Assembly (NCBI GenBank): GCA_963718525.1
Contig: OY970355.1
Span: 1,472,001-1,536,000 of the forward strand
Direction of reading: 5' to 3'
DNA from: Candidatus Dormiibacterota bacterium
GTDB lineage: Bacteria > Chloroflexota > Dormibacteria > Aeolococcales > Aeolococcaceae
Length of the DNA stretch: 64,000 nt
The position numbers and the translations under genes were made by a program. Below the pieces are notes generated by a model. It searched no databases and had not been told where the DNA came from. It saw only the letters and a list, made by a program, of their open reading frames with translations. Each line of letters opens with the position of its first letter. Within the stretch, counting starts at the first letter, position 1. Positions 1 through 9,510 of the stretch are shown here, in pieces.

Positions 1-1336
1 TGGTGTCAACAGCGTAGGTGCCGTCACCCACCCAGAGGCCACCTGAAACCTTGTAGAGGGTGAAACCGGTGTTGGTCGTGTCCCCGTTCGCGTCGAAGGT
101 CGTGTGACCGAGCGCGCCGTCATACGCAGTCTGGTGGAGCTGCGCGACGACCGCGTCCCGGAAGGCCATGGTGCTGGACGGCGGCTGGCCGCCGTTGGCA
201 ACCAGCACGTCGTGGATGGCCTTGAGGAGGATGTTCATCGCGTCGTAGCCATACGCGGTGTAGGGCTCCTTGGTGCCGTCGTTGTAGGGCGCGGGCTTGG
301 CCGAGTAGGCCGCCGCGTACTGAGAGAAGAATGTCGCGGAGCTGGCCAGCTTGGTGACGTCAGGTGCGCTGGTGGCGTAACTGCCAACGCTTTCGGTCGC
401 GTTGGATCCGGAGTCCGCGTCGGTGATGAACTTCGTGTCCTGGCAGCCGTCGCCTCCGAGGAGCGGGACGTTGAAGCCCGCCTTGCCCATGTCACGACGC
501 ACCAGACCGCAGCCGTTACCGCTGGTGCCGCCGAAGAAGATGGCCTGGGCGTGATCGGCCTGAGCGTTGCTGATCTGAGTGGCGAACGACGTGGTGGAGC
601 CGGGAAGGCTCGCAGACCCGACGACCATGCCGCCTTCAGTCGTGGTGTATGCCTTTGTGAAGATGAGCGCGAGGCCGCGGCCGTACGCCTCCTGGTCGTC
701 GATGACATACACCTTGGACGCGTTGAGAACCTTGGCCGCGACGTACGCATCAATCTCGCCCTGCTGGATGTCGCTGGCGATGACCCGGAAGTAGGTGTGC
801 GGGCCTGGGTACAGCGCCGCCGTGTCGATCTTGATGGTCGGATCGCTGCAGACCGTCACCACCACGGTGAGGCAGGGGTTGGTGTTCGAGGGGCTGATCA
901 AGGCCAGGTGGTTCTGCGATGCCACCGGGATCTCGGCCAGTGCGACCGACGAGTTGAATGGCCCGACCACTCCCATGACAGTGCCGTCGTTTGCCAGGGC
1001 CGTGATGTTCGTCGCACCCTGTGCCGGGTCATGCCCGTTCTTGAGGACTGTCGAGTCGTCCTTGCTGATGTATTTCAAGGTGCAGCCGCCCAAGAGCTTG
1101 GCGGCAATCGCCTGGTTCACGGCGAGCTCGGCAGCCAGCTGCGGGAATGGGCCGTCAGTCGCATCGCCGCCGGTTAACGGCAGGTCCGTCGCCACCGTGA
1201 TCGTGCCCTTACAGCCGGCGATACCGGCTGCGGTGCTGTTGCTCGTCGTCGGGGTGGACGTCGTGCCGCAAGCAGCTAAGACGCCAAGCGCGGCTATCGC
1301 GCCAATCGACAAAACCCCTCTGGTGGGCTTGACCAT
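1..1336 (-). CDS. Branched-chain amino acid ABC transporter substrate-binding lipoprotein (LivK/LivJ family), 3' end outside the window
   Basis: Translated by hand on the minus strand: MVKPTRGVLSIGAIAALGVLAAC (lipobox), then DLPLTG, VVGPFNSSVA, ISPSNT, YFRV, YGRGLA, YGYDA. AGGAG RBS upstream. Absent from the ORF track because it runs off the window. Confidence 0.85.
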   Translation of the reverse strand, partial: MVKPTRGVLSIGAIAALGVLAACGTTSTPTTSNSTAAGIAGCKGTITVATDLPLTGGDATDGPFPQLAAELAVNQAIAAKLLGGCTLKYISKDDSTVLKNGHDPAQGATNITALANDGTVMGVVGPFNSSVALAEIPVASQNHLALISPSNTNPCLTVVVTVCSDPTIKIDTAALYPGPHTYFRVIASDIQQGEIDAYVAAKVLNASKVYVIDDQEAYGRGLALIFTKAYTTTEGGMVVGSASLPGSTTSFATQISNAQADHAQAIFFGGTSGNGCGLVRRDMGKAGFNVPLLGGDGCQDTKFITDADSGSNATESVGSYATSAPDVTKLASSATFFSQYAAAYSAKPAPYNDGTKEPYTAYGYDAMNILLKAIHDVLVANGGQPPSSTMAFRDAVVAQLHQTAYDGALGHTTFDANGDTTNTGFTLYKVSGGLWVGDGTYAVDT

Positions 1337-1443
1337 GTGCTGGGTTCTCCTCTCTCTGCGAGGCAATTGCTGGTGAGGGGACCTGTGTACACTCGGGCAC
1401 GACGGGTTGTCAATCGCCCATTGGAACTACGTCGCGAGAATCG

Positions 1444-2214
1444 ATGGGTAATCCAAGGACCCCGTCAACCTCGCTAGGATCATTGGTCATGGTCTTCGCT
1501 GCCGTTGCGAGTGGGCTGAGTGCAGCGTTTGCCGTGGTCGTCTTGTTGAGATTCCTGCGCAGCAGGCGCCCGGCTTTCGCGGCCTGGACCCTCGGTCTTC
1601 TCATCTTTGCGGGCGCGGCGGCGTTCCAGGCGGCCGGGGAGACGGGTGGCTGGTCGCCGGCGGTGTTCCGGGGCTTCTATCTGCTCGGCGGGGTGCTCGG
1701 AGTCATCTATCTCGCGCTCGGCACGATCTTCCTGCTGGCTCCTCGCCGGGTGGCGTGGGCCTGCGCGGTGGTGCTCGGGGTGATCACGATCGTCCTCGCG
1801 GTCGACGCCGCGGTGATCCCGGTCGACGCCGCCAAGCTCACCACCGCCAAGGGAGTGCTCGGGGATGCCATCCAGCAGGGGTCGCTCCTCTTCATCGGCG
1901 TGGTGTTCCTCAACATCATCGGAACCCTGGTGCTCGTCGGTGGATCGGCGTGGTCTGCATATCGGTTCATACGCGACCACGCCGGCATCGACCGCGTGAT
2001 CTGCAACGTGCTCCTCACCGGCGGCGCGCTGATCATCGCCGTGGGCTTCTCGGCGGCCAAGACCGTGGGCATCGCCAATCTCGACGTCCTCGGCGCCTAC
2101 GAGGCGGCCGGGATCGCAATCATGTTCGGCGGCTTTCTCGCGCTCGGGAAGGTCGGGGTCCGGCGTGCGGCTGCTTCCCCATCGGGGCCTGCAACTGCAA
2201 CTTCCGGGTCGTGA
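1444..2214 (+). CDS. Multi-pass membrane protein of unknown function (alternative start 1489)
   Basis: About 7 hydrophobic helices; stop overlaps the next gene's GTG (GTGA). Confidence 0.75.
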   Translation: MGNPRTPSTSLGSLVMVFAAVASGLSAAFAVVVLLRFLRSRRPAFAAWTLGLLIFAGAAAFQAAGETGGWSPAVFRGFYLLGGVLGVIYLALGTIFLLAPRRVAWACAVVLGVITIVLAVDAAVIPVDAAKLTTAKGVLGDAIQQGSLLFIGVVFLNIIGTLVLVGGSAWSAYRFIRDHAGIDRVICNVLLTGGALIIAVGFSAAKTVGIANLDVLGAYEAAGIAIMFGGFLALGKVGVRRAAASPSGPATATSGS

Positions 2215-3518
2215 GCGGTCTGCTCGCGGCCGCGGATGCGGCGACGTGGCGTGATCGCGACGCCGAGCTGATCTCCCCGGCATACCACCGCTACTCGAAC
2301 CTCGTCGTGGAGAGCGCCAAGGGCGCGCATCTGCACACGGTGGACGGCCGCGACGTCCTGGACTTCGGCTGCGGCATCGGGGTGACCAATCTCGGACACG
2401 GCCATCCGGCCGTGGTCGCCGCGGTGCACGAGCAGGTCGATCGCCTCTGGCATACGTCGGTCACCACGTTCCACCCTCAGATGATCGAGGCGGCGGCAGC
2501 GCTCGTCTCGATCACGCCGCCCGCGCTCGACCAGGTGTTTCTCACCAACTCCGGCGCCGAGGCGGTGGAAGGAGCGATGAAGCTCGCCCGGCGGGCGACC
2601 GGCCGGCCCGACATCATCGCGTTCATTGGGGGATTCCACGGCCGGACCTACGGAGCCCTTTCCCTGACGGCGAGCAAAGCCGGATATCGGCGCGGCATGG
2701 GCCCGCTGCTCCCGGGGGTCCACCACGTCCGCTACCCGTACTGCTTCAGGTACTGCTCGCATGCCGATGACGAGGTCTGCGACGTCGTCGAGCGCGACCT
2801 CGAGCTGCTCTTCGCCACCACGACGGCGCCCGAAACCGTCGCCGCGATCATTGTCGAGCCGGTGCAGGGCGAGGGCGGCTATGTCGTTCCGCCGCCCACG
2901 TTGATGCCCACGCTGCGCCGGATCTGCGACGAGCACGGCATTCTCCTGGTCGCCGACGAGGTGCAGACCGGCTTCGCCCGCACGGGGAGAATGTTCGCGG
3001 TCGACCATACGCGTGTCGTGCCGGACATCATGTGCCTTGCCAAAGCGCTCGGCAACGGCATGCCGATCGCCGCGATGGTCGCCGGTCACCGTGTGATGAG
3101 CGCGTTTCACGAGGGCGAACACGGCACCACATACGGCGGCAATGCGGTTGCGTGCGCGGCGGCGATCGCGGTCATCGAGACACTCACGAGCGAGCGCATC
3201 CCGGAGCGCGCCGACCGGCTCGGCCGCCGGGTCATGGAGCGCGCCCGTGGATGGCAGGCGGAGATTCCCGCGCTCGCCGACGTGCGCGGCCTTGGTCTGA
3301 TGATCGGGCTGGAGTTCATGCAGGGCGGCGCTCCGGCAGCCAAGCTGGTGGACCGGGTCGCCGCCAACGCGCTCACGCGCGGACTGCTGCTGCTCTCCTG
3401 TGGTATCGATGGGAACGTGATCAGGTTGATCCCGCCGCTCACGATTCCCGAGGCTGAGCTGGACGCAGGCCTCGACATCCTCGAGGCCGCATTGCGCGAC
3501 GAGGCGGCGGCCTCATGA
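2211..3518 (+). CDS. Class III PLP aminotransferase (4-aminobutyrate aminotransferase-like)
   Basis: Motifs NSGAEAVE, FHGRT, EPVQGEGG, DEVQTGFARTG, AKALGNG. GTG start at 2211 coupled to the upstream stop. Confidence 0.9.
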   Translation: MSGLLAAADAATWRDRDAELISPAYHRYSNLVVESAKGAHLHTVDGRDVLDFGCGIGVTNLGHGHPAVVAAVHEQVDRLWHTSVTTFHPQMIEAAAALVSITPPALDQVFLTNSGAEAVEGAMKLARRATGRPDIIAFIGGFHGRTYGALSLTASKAGYRRGMGPLLPGVHHVRYPYCFRYCSHADDEVCDVVERDLELLFATTTAPETVAAIIVEPVQGEGGYVVPPPTLMPTLRRICDEHGILLVADEVQTGFARTGRMFAVDHTRVVPDIMCLAKALGNGMPIAAMVAGHRVMSAFHEGEHGTTYGGNAVACAAAIAVIETLTSERIPERADRLGRRVMERARGWQAEIPALADVRGLGLMIGLEFMQGGAPAAKLVDRVAANALTRGLLLLSCGIDGNVIRLIPPLTIPEAELDAGLDILEAALRDEAAAS

Positions 3519-5017
3519 CCACGGTGGACACGTCGCTCGAAGTCGGGAATCTGATCAGCGGCGCGTTCCGGCCCTCCGGATCCGGGCGCACGTTCGAATC
3601 ACGCAACCCCGCGGACAGCGGCGAGGTCGTCGGCGTGTTCCCCCGCAGCGACGCGGCGGATGTGGACGCCGCGGTCGCCGCCGCCCGAGATGCATTCGAC
3701 GCCTGGCGGCGGACACCGTGGCCGTCTCGCGCCGCCATCATCCTGCGCGCATCCGAGCTGCTCGAGGAACGCAAGGAAGCGCTCGCTCAGCTCATGACCC
3801 AGGAGATGGGCAAGGTACTCACCGAAGCGCGCGGTGACGTGCAGGAAGCCATCGACATGGGCAAGTTCATCGCCGGTCAAGGCCGCCGCGCGTTCGGTGA
3901 AACGGTGCCGAGCGAGCTGCGCGACAAGTGGGCGATGACCATGCGCCAGCCGTTCGGTGTTGTCGGCTGCATCACGCCGTGGAATTTTCCGATTGCCATA
4001 CCGTCGTGGAAGATCTTCCCGGCGATCATGGCGGGCAATGCGGTGGTTCTGAAGCCGGCCGAGGACACGCCGCTGTGCGCGTTGCGCTTCGTCGAGGCGC
4101 TGGAGGATGCGGGGCTTCCGGCCGGTGTCGTCAATGTCGTCTTCGGCTTCGGCGAGGAGGCCGGGGCGGCGCTCGTCGCGCATCCCGATGTCGCTGCGAT
4201 CTACTTCACTGGAAGCGTCGACACCGGGCGCATCGTCTCCGAGACCTGCGGCCGGATGCTCAAGAAATGCTCGCTCGAGCTCGGTGGCAAGAACGCCATC
4301 GTGGTGCTCGACGATGCCGATATCGAGCTCGCGGTTGACGGCGCGCTCTGGGGCGCCTTCGGAACCGCGGGCCAGCGGTGCACCGCGTCATCGCGCCTGA
4401 TCATCGAGCAGGGCGCTCTCGACCGCTTCACGTCGCGATTGGTCGAGCGTGCGTCACACCTCCGCCTCGGAGACGGCCGCGACGAGAAGGTCGACGTCGG
4501 TCCGGTGATCAACGAGACCCAGCTCAAGCGCATCCACTCCTACACGGAGATCGGCAGAGCCGAAGGCGCTTTGCTGCTGCTTGGTGGCGAGTTCGCAACC
4601 GAGGGAGCGCTCGCCAGAGGGTGGTTCTACCGTCCCACGATCTTCAGCGAGGTCAAGCCGGCGATGCGGATCGCGCAGGAGGAGATCTTCGGCCCGACCA
4701 CGGCGATCATGCCTGTCTCGTCCGTGGAGGAGGCGATCGCCGCCGCCAACTCCACCCAGTACGGACTCAGCCTGAGCGTGTACACGAACGACCTGCGCAC
4801 CGCCTTTCATGCGATCAACGAGCTCCATTCGGGGATCGTCTACATCAACGCCCCGACCATCGGCGCGGAGATCCAACTGCCATTCGGGGGCACTCGCAAC
4901 ACGGGTAACGGCCACCGCGAGGCGGGTGGTCACGTGCTCGATGAGTTCAGCGAATGGAAGTCCGTGTACATTGACTACAGCGGACGCCTCCAGCGCGCGC
5001 AGATCGATACGGAGTGA
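3515..5017 (+). CDS. NAD(P)-dependent aldehyde dehydrogenase
   Basis: Motifs [42 protein letters not shown]. Confidence 0.93.
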   Translation: MTTVDTSLEVGNLISGAFRPSGSGRTFESRNPADSGEVVGVFPRSDAADVDAAVAAARDAFDAWRRTPWPSRAAIILRASELLEERKEALAQLMTQEMGKVLTEARGDVQEAIDMGKFIAGQGRRAFGETVPSELRDKWAMTMRQPFGVVGCITPWNFPIAIPSWKIFPAIMAGNAVVLKPAEDTPLCALRFVEALEDAGLPAGVVNVVFGFGEEAGAALVAHPDVAAIYFTGSVDTGRIVSETCGRMLKKCSLELGGKNAIVVLDDADIELAVDGALWGAFGTAGQRCTASSRLIIEQGALDRFTSRLVERASHLRLGDGRDEKVDVGPVINETQLKRIHSYTEIGRAEGALLLLGGEFATEGALARGWFYRPTIFSEVKPAMRIAQEEIFGPTTAIMPVSSVEEAIAAANSTQYGLSLSVYTNDLRTAFHAINELHSGIVYINAPTIGAEIQLPFGGTRNTGNGHREAGGHVLDEFSEWKSVYIDYSGRLQRAQIDTE

Positions 5018-5886
5018 GGCCAGTCGTGAACGGGCTCGAAGAACGTTTCACGACATACGAAGGCAAGCGCCTGCGCTACGTGACCGGGGGAGCCGGACCC
5101 CCGCTGCTGCTCTGTCACGGCTTCATCGGCTCGGCCGAGAATTTCAACGACTGGTTCGACGTCCTGCTGCAGCGCAGAACGATCATCGCGCCGGATCTGC
5201 CCGGCTTCGGACGCTCGGCTCCGATGGACGGCGGCCACTCTGCCCCTGCGCTCGCACGCGCCGCGCTGGCAGCCGCGAGCGACGCCGGCGCAGCAACCTT
5301 CGACGTGGCGGGGCTGTGCCTCGGTACCCCGGTCGCGCTGGCGATCGAACGCGCTCGTCCGCAGGCGACCGAGCGCCTGATCCTGCACACGCCACTGGTT
5401 GCGCCCTGGCTCATCCGGCGCGCGTTTCACCTCCAGGTGGACATCATGCTGGCGCCGTTCGTGTACCCGGCGATCGTCTGGCTCGCGCACCAGCGCACCA
5501 TGAGCGACATCTACAAACGGCTGATGGTGGAAGGCAAGAACGTCGACCCGGTCGCCGCCAAGGCCAATTTCGACAACCAGATACTCGCGGACCCGCGCGC
5601 CGCTCGCGAATGGCTGCACGACGTCCTGCAGCGCAATGACCTTGCTCAGGTTCGTGGTTCCGGGCATCCGACCCTCATCCTAGTCGCCGAACACGACCGC
5701 ATCGTCAACGTGCGTCGCCTCCAATCGGCGCTCGCGGGTGCTCCGGACGTTTCCGTTGACGTCATCCGGCAGGCGGGCCACGCGTGGAGCCCGGAGCTGT
5801 CACGCCGTCAGCGCACGCTCATCGCGGCATTCCTCGACGACCAGCCACTGCCGCGCGCCGACGAGGCCGCGGTGGTTGCAGCATAG
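5014..5886 (+). CDS. Alpha/beta-fold hydrolase with a Cys nucleophile elbow
   Basis: LLLCHGF, APDLPGFGRS, GLCLG elbow, EHDRIV acid, AGH base. Confidence 0.85.
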   Translation: MRPVVNGLEERFTTYEGKRLRYVTGGAGPPLLLCHGFIGSAENFNDWFDVLLQRRTIIAPDLPGFGRSAPMDGGHSAPALARAALAAASDAGAATFDVAGLCLGTPVALAIERARPQATERLILHTPLVAPWLIRRAFHLQVDIMLAPFVYPAIVWLAHQRTMSDIYKRLMVEGKNVDPVAAKANFDNQILADPRAAREWLHDVLQRNDLAQVRGSGHPTLILVAEHDRIVNVRRLQSALAGAPDVSVDVIRQAGHAWSPELSRRQRTLIAAFLDDQPLPRADEAAVVAA

Positions 5887-5896
5887 GCGCTCGGGG

Positions 5897-6697
5897 GTGG
5901 CACCGGATCAGGAGAACGGCGTCGGCGTGGAGGCGGATCGCGCGATCATGGCCTTCATCCGAGAGTCGCGGAGGGCACGCGAGCTTCCGCGGGCCGGGCC
6001 GTTCGCGCTCCTCTTCACCGAGGGGACACGACTGCGTTTCCTGAACTACGCGATTCCCGACGACGACGCCGACCCGGACGACTCGGAGCTTGACACGCTG
6101 GTCGCGGCGTTCCGGACCGCGGACCGCATCCCGCGCGTCGAGTTCCTGCCATCTGTGGCGCCAGCACTGGAGCCACGTTTGACTTCCCACGGGTGGACCA
6201 TCGAGGATCGTCTGCCACTCATGACCTACACGGAGACGATGGTTCGCGAACTGCCGCCGCCCGACGGCATCCTGGTCGACGCGCCGCCGGATGACGCGAC
6301 GCTGCTCGAGATGGCTCGCCTGCAGCACGATGTCTTCGACGACCCGGAGCCCGCCGACGCACGCACGGTCGAAAGGTTGCGCCGTTCGCTCTCCCGAGGA
6401 GGGCGGGCGCTCGTCGGCCGGGATGTCGAGACGGGCGCAGTGGTGGGAGCAGCACTGTCCGGGGCGCCCGCCGGCGGGGCGACGGAGGTGGTCGGCGTGG
6501 CGATTGCGCCCTCCCACCGCAGACGGGGGCTCGCTGCAGCGCTGGTGTCGGCGCTCGTGTCTCTTGGGCTCGACGCGGGACTGACAACGATCTTCCTCGA
6601 GGCTGCGCCCGGGGCAGACGGCGCCTACCGCAACGCGGGATTCAGGCGGACGTCGACGAGCGTGCACATATCGTTGGGCGGTGACGCCGACGCCTGA
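5897..6697 (+). CDS. GNAT family N-acetyltransferase
   Basis: C-terminal VAIAPSHRRRGLAAAL (motif A) and YRNAGF; GTG start chosen after the upstream stop. Confidence 0.8.
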   Translation: MAPDQENGVGVEADRAIMAFIRESRRARELPRAGPFALLFTEGTRLRFLNYAIPDDDADPDDSELDTLVAAFRTADRIPRVEFLPSVAPALEPRLTSHGWTIEDRLPLMTYTETMVRELPPPDGILVDAPPDDATLLEMARLQHDVFDDPEPADARTVERLRRSLSRGGRALVGRDVETGAVVGAALSGAPAGGATEVVGVAIAPSHRRRGLAAALVSALVSLGLDAGLTTIFLEAAPGADGAYRNAGFRRTSTSVHISLGGDADA

Positions 6698-7979
6698 CCC
6701 GGTCCCCGCCGCGGAGCGCCGATGGCCGCCTCCGGCCCTTCGGGTGCGGCCGTTCCGCTGGTACTGGGCAGCGCAATGGCCGACCCTGCTCGGCACCTGG
6801 ATGCAGGTGGTCGCCCTCGGGTATCTCGTCTACCAGCGGACCGGGAGCACGACAGCAGTGGCCGCGGTGGCGGCCGCCGATGGGATCCCGTCGGTGATCC
6901 TCTCGCTGGCCGGTGGAGTCCTCGCTGACCGCCTGCCCCGGCGACGGATCCTGCTGGTCACCCAGTCGCTGCTCGGGCTCAGCGCCGGGTCGCTGGCGGT
7001 CCTGGTCGCGACCAACCACGCGAGCTTCGCGGCAATCCTTGTCGTGGCGATCGTGTTCGGCGCCACCGATGCTGCGGACCTGCCAACCCGCCAGGCACTC
7101 GTCGCCGACCTGGTGGAGCGGCACCTGGTGGTCAACGCCGTCGCGCTTGGCGCGGCCGCGATGAGCGCCACGCGTATCGTCGGCCCCTCCGTGGCCGGTC
7201 TCCTGATCGGGCTCGCCGGCCCGGCTGTCTGCTTCGGATTCCTCGCCGTGGCATACCTGGCTCCGATCGTCGTGCTGCTGACGGTCATCCCCGACGTCGC
7301 GCCCCTGCCAAGGCAGGCAGGCGCGACCGCCTGGCATGACCTGACCGCCGGCCTCCGGGTGGCAGCGGCGGATCCACTCGTCCGTGGCGTGGTGATCGTC
7401 GCCTCGGTTCTGGCGTTCTGCGGCGTCTCCTACATGCCGTTCCTGCCCGTCCTGGCCAAAACACAGCTGCACGTGGGACCGGCGGCGCTCGGCATCATGT
7501 ACAGCGTCGGCGGGATCGGCGGCCTCGTCGGCGGTCTGGCGATCGCCTCGCTGGGACGAGGAGCGGGACGGCTCCAGCTGATGCTCGTCGGCGGCGTCGT
7601 GTATGCAGCGAGCCTGTTCACCGTGGCCCATGGAGCGGTGCTCGCGGTCACGCTGCCCGCGCTCGTCGGGATCAGCTTCGCCTTCGTCGCCGTGAGCACG
7701 TCGATGACCACCCTCCTCCAGACCGACACCGATCCTGCGTTGCGCGGCAGGCTCCTCGGCATCTACGCAACGATCTTTGCCGGCCTGCAACCGCTGGGAA
7801 CCGTGGCATACGGTGTGATGGCCCACTCGGTGGGGTTGTTCAACGCCATCGGGGTGGGTGCCCTGCTCGTCGGAGCGGCAACCGTGCTCGTGGTGGTCAC
7901 GCCGTCGTTCCGGGCCCGCGTCAGCGGGCTCAGCGTGGGCCGAGCCGGGGCGGCCGTAGCCCCCGATACACTGGGCTGA
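6681..7979 (+). CDS. MFS transporter
   Basis: About 12 TM helices; GGVLADRLPRRRIL motif A; LRGR in the C-terminal half. Confidence 0.9.
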   Translation: MTPTPDPVPAAERRWPPPALRVRPFRWYWAAQWPTLLGTWMQVVALGYLVYQRTGSTTAVAAVAAADGIPSVILSLAGGVLADRLPRRRILLVTQSLLGLSAGSLAVLVATNHASFAAILVVAIVFGATDAADLPTRQALVADLVERHLVVNAVALGAAAMSATRIVGPSVAGLLIGLAGPAVCFGFLAVAYLAPIVVLLTVIPDVAPLPRQAGATAWHDLTAGLRVAAADPLVRGVVIVASVLAFCGVSYMPFLPVLAKTQLHVGPAALGIMYSVGGIGGLVGGLAIASLGRGAGRLQLMLVGGVVYAASLFTVAHGAVLAVTLPALVGISFAFVAVSTSMTTLLQTDTDPALRGRLLGIYATIFAGLQPLGTVAYGVMAHSVGLFNAIGVGALLVGAATVLVVVTPSFRARVSGLSVGRAGAAVAPDTLG

Positions 7980-7981
7980 GG

Positions 7982-8941
7982 ATGGTGCATCGACGAGGCG
8001 GGGCTGCGGTCGCGGCACTCTGCACAGCGGTGATCGCGGCGTGCGGCTCGAACCAGCCCGCTGCGGTCGCCGCATCCCCGGTGATCGCGCGCGTCGCCTC
8101 GGACACCATCACGCTCGCGCAGTTCAACGTCCGGTACCAGAGCGCTTCCACCAGCATCGAACAGGGCGGCGCGGGTAAGAATCCACCTCCTGCTGCGGTC
8201 ACGCAACTGCGCGCCGCGATTCTGCGCAGCCTGATTCTCGACACGGTGATTCGCGAAGAGGCGACACGGCTCGGCGTCGTGGCGACCCCGGCGGAAGTGT
8301 CCGCCGAGGTGGCGACCGACGCGCAACAGGCGGGTGGTCTGAGCGCGCTCAAGACCGAGCTCGCCGGCGCGGGTGGGTCGATCGCTCAGCTCGAGGACGA
8401 GATCTCCTCGAACCTCAATGAACAGCGCGTCGAGAACGTCTTCGCGCAGCAGCGCGCCGCACTCGTCGAGACGACGCTCGCGACCGGCGCGAGCTTCATC
8501 ACGACTGCCAAGACGTATTCGGACGATTCGGGCTCCACGGGGACGGCAGCCAAGGGTGGCGATCTGGGTGTCCTGACGGCGACGCAACTCAAGACGTACG
8601 ACCCGTCCTTCGCGACAGCCGTTGAGTCGCTTCCGGTCGGCGCGTACACGAAAACCCCCGTCCACGACGCCGGGGGCTACGACATCGTGATGGTGTATTC
8701 GAAGTCCGCGGCGGGGTGGGGTGTTCGCCACATCCTGATCTATGCGGGGAACCCGTACAACGTGATGGACCGGCCGGGTTGGTTCGCTGACGCGCTGTTC
8801 ACCGCGGTCAACCAGCTCTGCGCCGCGAACCAGATCGTGGTGTCGCTGACCAATGCAGGTGGCAATCCGTGCACGCCGAGCCCGAGTCCCACGGCTGCAA
8901 GTCCGACCCCAAGGCCGACCGCGACTGCCCCTGCCGCGTGA
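7982..8941 (+). CDS. SurA/PrsA-like foldase lipoprotein (parvulin-type PPIase)
   Basis: IAAC lipobox, SurA N-terminal-like helices, AKTYSDD..KGGDLG, RHILI; Pro/Thr-rich tail. Confidence 0.75.
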   Translation: MVHRRGGAAVAALCTAVIAACGSNQPAAVAASPVIARVASDTITLAQFNVRYQSASTSIEQGGAGKNPPPAAVTQLRAAILRSLILDTVIREEATRLGVVATPAEVSAEVATDAQQAGGLSALKTELAGAGGSIAQLEDEISSNLNEQRVENVFAQQRAALVETTLATGASFITTAKTYSDDSGSTGTAAKGGDLGVLTATQLKTYDPSFATAVESLPVGAYTKTPVHDAGGYDIVMVYSKSAAGWGVRHILIYAGNPYNVMDRPGWFADALFTAVNQLCAANQIVVSLTNAGGNPCTPSPSPTAASPTPRPTATAPAA

Positions 8942-9504
8942 GGTGCTTCCTCGCGGTGCCGCTCGAGGAGCCAGGCCTCGGGACGGCGCAGCGGCTGCAG
9001 GCTGACCTCCGTGAGCGAGTTCCGGAGGTGCGCTGGGCGCGACCCGAAACTCTTCATCTGACCGTGCACTTCTTCGGACAGCTCGATGACCGGCGGGCCG
9101 CCACCGCGCTTGCGCTCGTCACGCCGATCGCCCCCAACACATTCACATTCGACGTGGCCCTGGATCGGCTTGGTGCCTTTCCGCAGCGCGGCACACCCCA
9201 TGTCTTGTGGCTTGGACCAGCGGGCGACGTCCCCGAGCTCACCGCGCTCGCGCTCGAATGTCGCGACGTGCTTGGCGTCGCGGGCTTCGACATCGAAGAG
9301 CGGTCATTCCATCCGCACTGCACGCTCGGCAGACCCCGTATGCCGTGGAGCGAGACGGCGCGTGCGGCGTGGACCGCCGCTGTGGCCGAATCTCGGCCGG
9401 ACGTCCATTTCACCGCGTCACGTCTCGTGCTCTTCGAGTCGCGATCCGCGCCGGAAGGCGCAATCTACGCGGAACGATCGTCGCTGTTGTTGGCTTCGCG
9501 CTGA
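8938..9504 (+). CDS. thpR: RNA 2',3'-cyclic phosphodiesterase (2H family)
   Basis: Start (V)RCFLAV; two 2H motifs, HLT and HCT. Confidence 0.85.
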   Translation: MRCFLAVPLEEPGLGTAQRLQADLRERVPEVRWARPETLHLTVHFFGQLDDRRAATALALVTPIAPNTFTFDVALDRLGAFPQRGTPHVLWLGPAGDVPELTALALECRDVLGVAGFDIEERSFHPHCTLGRPRMPWSETARAAWTAAVAESRPDVHFTASRLVLFESRSAPEGAIYAERSSLLLASR

Positions 9505-9510
9505 CTGCGG

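Noticed and set aside
104-1376. Plus-strand ORFs 104-1177 and 795-1376
   Set aside because: Antisense shadows of the minus-strand ABC substrate-binding lipoprotein.
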